This document shows positions 1-8,934 of a stretch of DNA of 27,038 nucleotides, piece after piece; positions within the stretch are counted from its first letter, which is position 1; every line of letters starts with the position of its first letter. The translations under genes and the position numbers were made by a program. The DNA is from Thelocarpon superellum. Its lineage: Eukaryota. The stretch covers positions 62,001-89,038 of the forward strand of contig JAPEUG010000021.1 of NCBI GenBank assembly GCA_026025795.1, written 5' to 3'. The notes beneath the pieces are model-generated. The model ran no database searches and was not told the DNA's origin. It saw only the letters and a list, made by a program, of their open reading frames with translations.

Positions 1-3000
1 GAAGCGGAGGTGCTCGGTATACGGCTCTTCATAGCCGGCGATGAAGGAATCGACATAGTTCCAATTGTAGTCTTCTTTGGGCGCCTGAATCATGATCTGG
101 CGTGCCTCGTATGACTCTCCCATCACCGTTCGAATGGCCGGGTCATAGGCCCTGCCCTCGTCATCCTCGCCCATCTTCTCCCGACCCGTAGTGGAGGCGA
201 GGGTCTTCCGCACCATCCGCTTGACCTCCACCTCGCCGCCCTCGACGCATTGCAGCAGATGAATGGCAGAGCCTCGTGACATGACCGCCATGGCACCCGC
301 CGCGACCATGGAGCTGGTGTCGAAGAGATTCACCAGCTTCGACGACGCCTTTCCCACAGCCGTGGCAACAGCCTCACCGATGACGAGCTGGAATCCTTGA
401 GACAGCCGTAAGGCGACGAGCTCCTTGAACAGCGCATCGCGAGCGATGGGCACCTCACTTAGCTCCGCCTCCTCGTTCTGCGAGATGGTGTAAGGACTTT
501 CTTGATATTCCGAGGCAAACTGCTCCGCTGAGGGAAAGGTCTCGGTCGTGAGCGGCACCGCAGCCGGCGAACAGAGGGACTTCCATTTCATTGACGGGGC
601 GCGCATCGGGTGCGAGAAGACATGCTGCCACGGACCCGATTCGGCTTCGGGATGCACATGGCTTTTGCTGGGGTTGGACGGGTTCACCACCGTCAGCCAC
701 GGTGCCATCAAGTTGGTGGGCGCCAGGATGGGAGGCAAAGTGGGATTGAGAAGCGACGGATCGAGTTTGGGTCCAGCTTGCTTCGTCTTCGATGCGGCTT
801 GGATCACGTCCATCCGCTCCGACAAGATTTTCTCCTGCGCGTATCCGCCCCGCACCGAGGCCAAAGTTGGCTGCGCTTTGCTCGACATGGCTCCGTCGAA
901 GCTGAGGGCGGTGCCGCGGATGGCGATGGGGGTCGACATGTTCTCGCGGCGCATCACCTCCAGCTTCTCCGGCGATCGGTCCTTGTCGCTGGCACCCGAG
1001 TCGTCGGATTCCGCATCGGAGCTCCGCGAACTGTGTGAGGAATCGTCCGTGCTCCCTAGTGAGTTGCCGTGGAAGGTGTGAGCGGCAGAGACCGACTGCC
1101 GCAAGACGGGACCGGGCCGGGCATTCTCCCGCTTGACCTCTGTACTCGCGATGGCCTTGGGTGGCGCAGCCCCCAGTAGACGGAGTCCGAAGCTGAGCTG
1201 CCGCGAGACCCGCGCCGGCCGATCCGCGGGCTTGGCGACGCTGCCGGCGCTTCCTTTCCGCTCCGCGGCGGGATCATTCCTGACGTGTCGCTCCTTCATC
1301 TTGCGATCAAAATAGGCGACGCCAGACCGGCCGAGCGATCCCATCGGCGACCGCGCCTGGTCGTGAAAGGAGGTGCCGAAGAGGAGCGAGTCCGCCTGGC
1401 GGGTCTTCTCGTCCTCTTCCGATCGTTCACGGCGGGCAGCACGCGCAGCGGCCTGTAGATAGCTCCAGGGCCGGAAGACGTTATCGTCGTATACCTCCGT
1501 CCATTTGTAGACTTCGCGGTCTTCCTTGGTGATGATGCGGTGCGACTCAACCTTTGCAAACGACGATGGGGCTACCAGGTCCAAAGGCGGCAGACGAGGC
1601 CCCTTCGGCGTGCTCTGCCCTGATGGCTGCGTGCTGCCGATCTTGGCCGGTCGTAGCTGCTTGGGGGCGAGCGAGGTGCTAGCCTCCACTGGTTCGGGCT
1701 GGAAGGCATGCCGGTGCAGATACGGGACCGAGATGTTGCTCATTTCATTCTCCATGATGCCCATCATCTGCAGCTCATACATCTTGACGCGTGTCACGAA
1801 GCCCGCGGACTTTCCGCGGTCGGCCAGATTGCTCGACATGAGGTCGTCCTTGCCTTCGACGTGGCGGAGGTGTCGGCCCGAGGGCGCCCAGAAGGAGATG
1901 TCGATCCAATGGGGGATAGCGTACGTCCACCCCCCGGTGGAGGAGTCTGAGGGGACGGCCAATCCGGCGGCGAAAAGAGGGCCCTTCAAGGGTGACGGGG
2001 TCTGGCCATGATTGCTCGTGAAGCTTCCATACGTGGAGCGTGCTTGGCGTGGGGTGGTATCGCCACTGTATGCGGCCCTCTCCCCGCCGGTGACTGTGGA
2101 TGGGGACCGTGGATACTTGAAGAGAGGCACGGAGTGAAGCGGCATCTGATTAAGACATACTAGATCCACGCCGATGCCATTGCTCATCAGCGCCTCGGTG
2201 GTGATCTTGAGCAGGGCCTGGTCAACTTCGAAAAGGCCGGTACCCGGTGTGACGACGACGATTGAGATGCCCGTTCGGACGAGATCTCGATCGATGTAAT
2301 CCGTCACAAATTGTGTCGCGGCAAGATTGAGCGCCTCGAGCAGATTCCCATGCAGTGCGGCCGACGGCTGGCCGAGCACGAGCGACTCGGGCACGCCAGG
2401 GCGGGGATCCACCGACGTCGGCGCGGCGGGCGTCGGTGGGCGCCGCGCGGTCGCTTGGATGGAGACATCGCGCCGGAAGATCTTGAACTCGCGCTTCAAC
2501 TGGTGCAGGATGCCAATCCAGTCTTCATTCGTCATCTCACTCACGACGACGCGGTAAAAGTCACGGTAGGGTTTGTTGTGCCGTGGCGGCGTGTGGCGCG
2601 GCCCACGGTCGGCGAGGTGGAGGGCCGAGGCCAGCGAGGTGGAGGGTGGGCCATCATACTCGACGCGGGTGAAGAGGACGATACTGACTAGGTGGCGGGC
2701 GCCCATGCGCATCCAGCGCTGGAAGAGCTCGGGAAGAAAGCCGTCGGTCACGCGATTGAACATGATCTCGCCCGAAGCGTCGGCGTCAAAGTCCCACATC
2801 TCCTTGGACATCTGCACGAGGAGCACGTAGCGCGCCGACTCGCTACGGAAGATGGGCCGGGTGTCGGCGGCGAAGTATGCGGACTGGACGGGACGGCCCC
2901 GGATATAGATGTGCCGGATCTGGGCTTTGATGGTGCCCATGAAGAAGAGCTTCTGGCCGCGGTAGATGGTCTTCCGGCTCAACTCCGACATGGCCAAACG

Positions 3001-3711
3001 CCACATATCGGAGCGGGCCAGATACTCATCGCGAAAGGAGATCTCGACGTGGGAGGCAGTGTTGGGCTGCTTGTCAACGACCGACACCATGACTTGCATG
3101 CGATTGCGGAAGCCAAAGGCGTTGGCAATGTGGGCCGTCAAGGAGACTTGCAGGTTGGGTTGCTTGGACTTGTGCTCATGACTCAAGTCCTTGACCAGGA
3201 ACAGGTACCTCCGCTGCTGATCGACCTCATCCCCCTCGTCGTCAATGTTCCACTTGACATCGACCGAGCGAGCGGAATCGCCGGCCTTGGCCTCAATAGC
3301 GGCTTGGATGGATCCATCCAGGGCGTTGCTCGGCTCCTGGAGTTGCATCTCGTCCACTGGCGGCGGGGCGACATCTTGAAAGTCCCGGGCGGCGACGGTA
3401 GATTCGACGGCGGCAATCTCCACCAAGTCGCCGATCTTGACAGCGTCTGGGGGGAAGATGGTAGGATTCAAGATGACATCCTCTCTCGAAAACTTGTCGT
3501 CTTGGACCCAGAGGGTGCAGAGGCGCCGCACCCGGGGTCGACGTGGACCTGCTCCGTCCCGAAGCTCCTCCGTCGAGTGATGGGTGCCATTCGTTCCCAT
3601 TGTGGCGGAACGGGCCGCGGCCGAGCCAACGCTGCTGTCGGTGTCCCGCCGACGGAACTGGCGAGCCGGGCCCGCTCCATTGGAAGAGTTCGAGACGTAT
3701 GATGGCGCCAT
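1..3711 (-). CDS. IML1: Vacuolar membrane-associated protein Iml1 (Sea1/DEPDC5 homologue, SEACIT/GATOR1 subunit); 3' end lies beyond the window edge
   Basis: A minus-strand frame starts at ATG 3711 (MAPSYVSNSS; in-frame TGA shortly upstream) and appears open to position 1 (1237 codons). It is absent from the ORF track, consistent with no stop inside the window. Hand translation gives Iml1/DEPDC5 hallmarks: CTLWVQDDKFSREDVILN, HVEISFRDEYLARSDMWRL, TRPIFRSESARYVLLVQMSKEMWDFD, GNLLEALNLA..DRDLVRTG, PLHSVPLFKY, YAIPHWIDISFW, KWKSLCSPAAVPLTTE, LRLSQGFQLV, YNWNYVDSF. ATG 3600 is an alternative start. Confidence 0.95.
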   Translation of the reverse strand, partial: MAPSYVSNSSNGAGPARQFRRRDTDSSVGSAAARSATMGTNGTHHSTEELRDGAGPRRPRVRRLCTLWVQDDKFSREDVILNPTIFPPDAVKIGDLVEIAAVESTVAARDFQDVAPPPVDEMQLQEPSNALDGSIQAAIEAKAGDSARSVDVKWNIDDEGDEVDQQRRYLFLVKDLSHEHKSKQPNLQVSLTAHIANAFGFRNRMQVMVSVVDKQPNTASHVEISFRDEYLARSDMWRLAMSELSRKTIYRGQKLFFMGTIKAQIRHIYIRGRPVQSAYFAADTRPIFRSESARYVLLVQMSKEMWDFDADASGEIMFNRVTDGFLPELFQRWMRMGARHLVSIVLFTRVEYDGPPSTSLASALHLADRGPRHTPPRHNKPYRDFYRVVVSEMTNEDWIGILHQLKREFKIFRRDVSIQATARRPPTPAAPTSVDPRPGVPESLVLGQPSAALHGNLLEALNLAATQFVTDYIDRDLVRTGISIVVVTPGTGLFEVDQALLKITTEALMSNGIGVDLVCLNQMPLHSVPLFKYPRSPSTVTGGERAAYSGDTTPRQARSTYGSFTSNHGQTPSPLKGPLFAAGLAVPSDSSTGGWTYAIPHWIDISFWAPSGRHLRHVEGKDDLMSSNLADRGKSAGFVTRVKMYELQMMGIMENEMSNISVPYLHRHAFQPEPVEASTSLAPKQLRPAKIGSTQPSGQSTPKGPRLPPLDLVAPSSFAKVESHRIITKEDREVYKWTEVYDDNVFRPWSYLQAAARAARRERSEEDEKTRQADSLLFGTSFHDQARSPMGSLGRSGVAYFDRKMKERHVRNDPAAERKGSAGSVAKPADRPARVSRQLSFGLRLLGAAPPKAIASTEVKRENARPGPVLRQSVSAAHTFHGNSLGSTDDSSHSSRSSDAESDDSGASDKDRSPEKLEVMRRENMSTPIAIRGTALSFDGAMSSKAQPTLASVRGGYAQEKILSERMDVIQAASKTKQAGPKLDPSLLNPTLPPILAPTNLMAPWLTVVNPSNPSKSHVHPEAESGPWQHVFSHPMRAPSMKWKSLCSPAAVPLTTETFPSAEQFASEYQESPYTISQNEEAELSEVPIARDALFKELVALRLSQGFQLVIGEAVATAVGKASSKLVNLFDTSSMVAAGAMAVMSRGSAIHLLQCVEGGEVEVKRMVRKTLASTTGREKMGEDDEGRAYDPAIRTVMGESYEARQIMIQAPKEDYNWNYVDSFIAGYEEPYTEHLRF

Positions 3712-5761
3712 AAGGACGCGGTCGACACTGATCAGCACATGGGGGTGTCCACCCGGCGCGGATCACCATGCCCAAAATGGAGCTTTCTGCGTGCCGAGAT
3801 AACATGAATGCCCCTCACCAGACGCACAGGATCGACGACAGCCGCGTCAGGCGCATGGTGCGGAAGGACTGTGGCTAGCAATGTACCGCCCAATGATGGC
3901 TCGTGTATTCTCGGAACCGAAAGGTGCATACAAGCGTGTAGTCCGACTGCCCCGACGTCCTCTCTACTCGTGCGTCGTTATCGTTGGAGTCTGGGCCGAT
4001 GAGAAGAGCTTGTCCGAGCTCGCAGAGCTCTGTACGAATCGCGGGCCGGTGGCGCGCCACCTACCTCCAGCCACAGCATGTCCAGCTGGTAGATTGTGGC
4101 TGTGCAGCCGATGCGGCGGCTGAAGAGGGCGGATCGCCTCATGGACTCAACGCCGCGCTTCCCTCAATTCACGCAAAACATACGACCCTCCGCCTTCCTT
4201 CGCGCTACTCGTGCGCCAAGGTAGGTAGGCACGAGAGTATAGGGATCTTCTTGAACGGAGTCTGTCCACGTTTGCCTACAATCATAAAATGCCTTGAAAT
4301 CTCTGTGTCCGATCCGTGATACAGGTACTTGTTGAGCGAACGGTGTAAGGGGCGGATTGGCTCGTTGTGCAAACACCAGTGGTAACTTCAATTAAGACCT
4401 GCGAGCAATCGAAAATCTTCACCAAGCGTCGGGAAAAGTCTCGGTCTGACCTCCAGAACGCTAGTTGTTCCACGCCGCGACTTACTCCTCGGTGCCAAGT
4501 GCCAAGCGCGACCGTCGGTTCTTGGGCGAGATTAGCCCGATGATCGTTCGCGGACCAAGGAGGCCCGCCTCTCCGCCAAGGAGGCCTGACGTGGAAGGAT
4601 GTAGCAAGGACACGCAGCCTTGACAACCTACTGTCTAACAGTCTGCACATAGAAGATGGTGGCACCGGCGCCGCGGGTGCAAATATCCAAGCCTTCTCCA
4701 CCCAGGAGGCGGACTGGAAAGGGTCCAGGAAAGGTCTCACACACGCCCCGCTCTTTTCTTTGTCGGCTTCGCGGCCATCTTAAACATGCCCAAGCGCCGC
4801 TTTGCGGCGGGCGTGTCGCGCAGTACAGGCAGCGCCGGCCACCGACTGGTGACGGGTCATGGTCCTCGTAGGCATGTCGGGTGACTGGCCAGGCGTCCTC
4901 GCCCCAAGGTCTTGAGGTAAGGTGGAGTATGCCTGGGGCTGTGCACTCGGCTACGGCCTTCCGAGGTTAACTGGAGAAGTGCCTGAGGACGACGCCTGGG
5001 GCCCCTGACTTAAGGAGTGGACGGGTGCTATACGAGTACGAGCCCGGAGGACTCGTGCCACCAGCCAGCGGGTTGACGTAGGCTGGAGGCGAGGTCGAAT
5101 GTGCGTTGCCAAGCACGCTCCTGTCGTTCTGCGAGGCGCCAGAGCGCGCTAGAGTACGTGTCCATGTTCGATTACTTGAATTCGGTGCCCCACGGGGGTG
5201 CCAGAGAGCTGCCGCATCGGCCCATTAGTACCCTTGGCCCTGTACCCATCGCCCTTAACCTGGTCGCGGTGATCGGGCGGTTACATCACTCAACAGAGTC
5301 GTGCCCCGGACAGCGGCAACCGAGCGCTTTCGATCCTCGGCTGGAAACACCATTGACACCGTTGCCACGCCCCCCAGTGCTCCCAACCTTGGCGGTTTGA
5401 TAGTTAGCCACGTCCGCATCCTTTCCCGGTCATTGTGGCCGGGGCACTGCTTGGCTTCTCCTATCCTCTACCACCTCATTCTCATGCGTTGCATACTTCC
5501 TCGCAGGTACAAGTAGGCAGACACTTTCGTGAACACGGATGATTCTCCAAGCGTTTCTCACCGACGTGCCCCATCCCTGCCATCCTTGCCCTCCTCGCCC
5601 CGTTCGCGCGCGACTTTCGTTAGCTTCGCCGTGTACCCTCTGGATACCGCTCGGTGCGCCGTGCCCCGTTCCCCCCCCCAATCACCCCCTAACAAAGCGC
5701 GTCTGAGCACTGATGCCTTCATAACAGGCCGGTGACCTCTCGCTTGCTCCGCCGGTACGCT

Positions 5762-5825
5762 CAGCCTCTGCTCAGGCTGTCCTAAAGTTCCGGCGCAACG
5801 CGAGCATTACCGGAAGTTCCGGCGC
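5762..5825 (+). promoter_or_regulatory. Candidate cis-element cluster upstream of VCX1: CAGCCTC (Crz1/CrzA CDRE-like), a 12-bp direct repeat and a CCGGAA-G-TTCCGG palindrome
   Basis: CAGCCTC at 5762-5768 (GAGGCTG on the minus strand); AAGTTCCGGCGC at 5785-5796 and 5814-5825; CCGGAAGTTCCGG at 5810-5822. Function is inferred only. Confidence 0.35.
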
Positions 5826-5923
5826 GGCCTTTGTCCTCGTGGGCAGCTCAGAGTACAAAGCCATGCGTGGGTCTTTCCCACACTCGTACGGACTCAATCT
5901 CTGGACATCATCGCTCACTGTCC

Positions 5924-7703
5924 ATGGCCACTTTAGACTCTCTCCGTCGCGCCGCGCATCGACGTGCCTGGTACAACCAGCAGGGCGATCCGCCGACGTA
6001 TAACCCTTTCGGACGGAGCCGGACCCGGACCTTACCTATCGGCGATGAGGAGAATGGCGTGGCGCCGCTGAACCCAGCGGGTGGCGACCAGGACCATGTA
6101 CGCGGCATCCCGAATCACCCCTCAGATCCCGGCACCAGTGCCGGCTTAACGGAGAAGGGGAAAGGGCTGGAAGGCGCCGTCGTGTCGCCGAACAATGAAG
6201 ATCCGGCCGTCATGCGCGGGCACCACGGCATCCGCTCGAGGTTCTTCCGCAAGGCCACCTCGACGGACTCGCAGGTGGAGACGGAGAGGAAGAAGATGCC
6301 GGCCAAGAAGTTCACCCTATGGAGCCAGATCAAGGGCACCCTCTTCAACTCCTACATCAACATCCTCTTGGTGGCGGTGCCCGTCGGCATCGCCGTGAAC
6401 TTTACCAATGTGAACCCGGTGGCTATCTTCGTCATCAACTTCATCGCCATCATCCCCCTCGCCGCCATGCTGAGCTACGCCACCGAGGAGATTGCGCTGC
6501 GTGTCGGTGAAACGCTGGGCGGCTTACTGAATGCGTCATTCGGGTGGGTCCCTGACCAACCAAGCTCAGGCGCGACGTGGAAGCTGACTAGACCGATATA
6601 GCAATGCCGTCGAGCTGATCGTTTCCATCATCGCCCTGAAGGAACGACAGGTCTTAATTGTGCAGACCTCTTTGATCGGCAGCATTCTTTCGAATCTGCT
6701 GCTGGTCATGGGCATGTGCTTCTTCTTTGGCGGCATCACGCGCGTCCAGCAGTTCTTCAACGTCACCGTCGCCCAGACCGCATCGAGCTTATTGACGCTC
6801 AGCGCGGCGAGTCTCATCATCCCTACCGCCTTTGCCCGCTGGTCCAATGGCGGCGCCGACGCCACCGTGCAACTGTCGCGAGGCACGTCCATCATCCTGC
6901 TCGTCGTCTACGGCTGCTACCTGCTCTTTCAACTCAAGTCACACGCCTCCCTCTACAGTGAGAAGAGTGCCAAGGCCGAGAAGCGCAACGAGCCCAAGAA
7001 CATCACCAAGGAAATAGCCTCCATGGGTGCCGGCGTCGCCACCGCGGTCGGAGGCGAGAAAACTCGCGACCTGAAGCTGGGCGGCGGCGAGGACGACGAG
7101 GTTGAAGAGGAGCCCGAGCTGGCCATGGTGACCGCCCTCATCACGCTCGCGGGCTCGACGGTACTCGTCGCGCTGTGCGCCGAGTACATGGTCAACAGCA
7201 TCGACGCCTTGACCGATACCGGTCACATCTCCAAGACCTTTGTCGGCTTGATCCTCGTGCCTATCGTCGGCAATGCGGCTGAGCACGCCACCGCCGTGAC
7301 CGTGGCCTGCAAGGATAAGATGGACCTGGCTATCGGTGTCGCCGTCGGCTCGAGCATGCAGATTGCGCTACTCGTCCTCCCGCTCGTTGTCACGCTCGGA
7401 TGGATACTCAACATCAGCGAGATGACACTCAATTTCGACGGCTTCCAAATTGCTGTTCTCTTTGTCGCCGTCCTCATCGTGAACTCCCTGATCTCGGACG
7501 GAAAATCTCACTGGTTCGTCTCACCCTCCTCGGCCCGGAAGAGGAGCCCGATGCTGATGTCTTCTCAGGCTGGAGGGCGTCTTGCTACAAGCGACGTATC
7601 TCATCATTGCCGTCGCCGCATGGTACACTCCCATTCTCCCGTAGCGCACGGACCATCGTCGGCTGACTCATCCAGGTTCTACCCCACCACGCGCGGGATG
7701 TAG
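5924..7703 (+). CDS. VCX1: Vacuolar Ca2+/H+ exchanger (CaCA/CAX family), about 537 aa, 4 exons
   Basis: Exons 5924-6543, 6602-7513, 7569-7622 and 7676-7703; GT-AG introns of 58, 55 and 53 nt with CTGAY branch sites. Splicing restores alpha-1 GGLLNASFGNAVELI and the terminal KSHWLEGVLL..YLIIAVAAWFYP. Also present: QTSLIGSILSNLLLV, the acidic loop EDDEVEEEPEL, alpha-2 PIVGNAAEH, DKMDLAIGVAVGSSMQIAL, and many hydrophobic TM segments. Confidence 0.95.
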
Positions 7704-8763
7704 GTTGTGGCCACTCGATCGAAGACTGTATGCCCTATCTTCCGATATGTGTTGAGATACCCGGGGGGTGGGTTTCCATGGCGCTGTTGGTTGTAGTGGT
7801 TGCACATGTGTTCACCCATCAGGATCTGCTCTTCTTTTTGGGGTCTCTAGCGTGATAGATCGGAGTTCTCAGACTCTTCCGTGGCCGAAACAGCGATGGT
7901 TGCCTCGGCGTTTGAATCGGGGGCATCGAACGGTGCAGTCTGCATCTCACTTCGAATATCTTCCTGTGGCACATTACTCCCCAACATTGCGGCATCTTGC
8001 GTTTCTAACAGGTCGGTCCTTGTAATCGCCTCTACCATCTGCCTGCCATCTTGCCTTGCCCATAGGCAGGTGCTCTCTACCTGGTCGTCTGCCAGGACAT
8101 GACCTCTCTCCAGTCCGTATCAATACCACAGGTCGCTTTCCTTCCCACGGCTAGGAGCAAGGCCCATTCGCCGAAACTCGTTGTGATCGTCATCGTGAGA
8201 CTGCTCACTCTCGAACTCTTCTCGCTTCGTCTGGTCAACGCCCGTTGAACAGCGGCCATTTCCTGAACATTCCCAGAAGTGCTCTTCAACCTTTCAGTCT
8301 CAAATTGTTTGCCTTGCATCGGTCGCCTCATAGGACCCATCATTCGACTCGTGATACCAAGAGGTCATTGACTCACCCAGATCACCATAAGACCCTGATC
8401 AATCCACATCTCTCTAGTCAGTTGAGTCCCTCTGCCTACCCTCTCCGTTATCACGCACAGTGCCGAAACCGTTTCTTGACAACAAGGCCATGCCTTGTCA
8501 TCCCCTCCAAATCGACTCGTTGACTTCATCTCCAATAACGAATCTACCTGCCGTACCCATCGTCTCGGCTCTCTCCGTCTCTCCTCACCGGCCCTCTAGA
8601 AGTCGATACAACTCAACTCACTTCCGCTTTACGCAGACCCACAACTGATCATTTGGCCGAAAACTTATCGATGCTTCGTCTGGCTTGCCAACACCTCACT
8701 AAATCATCATGAGCATCGTACAAACGACCTAGGCGGCCCATCATTCCACCATCCACCGACGCG

Positions 8764-8918
8764 GTAAGTCACTCTTCGTTGGCGTTCTAGGTCTACGTCA
8801 CCATTCAGCACTCGACCATCCTTCACTCTTTTCAAGTCGCCCTGGGGTGGCTTTTCTCCCCGAAAGCCTCCATGAGCTTCTCTTCATTTAGAACTAACTC
8901 GAGAGTACGTCCTATTAG
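8764..8918 (+). other. Putative 5'-UTR intron of the SNF2-RING gene
   Basis: Consensus donor GTAAGT at 8764, branch CTAAC at 8894-8898 and acceptor TAG ending at 8918, 16 nt before ATG 8935. Splicing would remove the in-frame ATG at 8872. Confidence 0.45.
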
Positions 8919-8934
8919 AGACGCGAAGACGAAC

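Noticed and set aside
2692..3702. 336-aa plus-strand ORF (and others at 548-1081 and 1526-2011)
   Set aside because: Antisense shadows of IML1 produced by GC-rich codon usage; no recognisable motifs.
3712..5500. Short ORFs in the IML1-VCX1 spacer as a possible extra gene or transposon relic
   Set aside because: No transposase, RT or integrase motifs, no terminal repeats, and no consistent exon chain.
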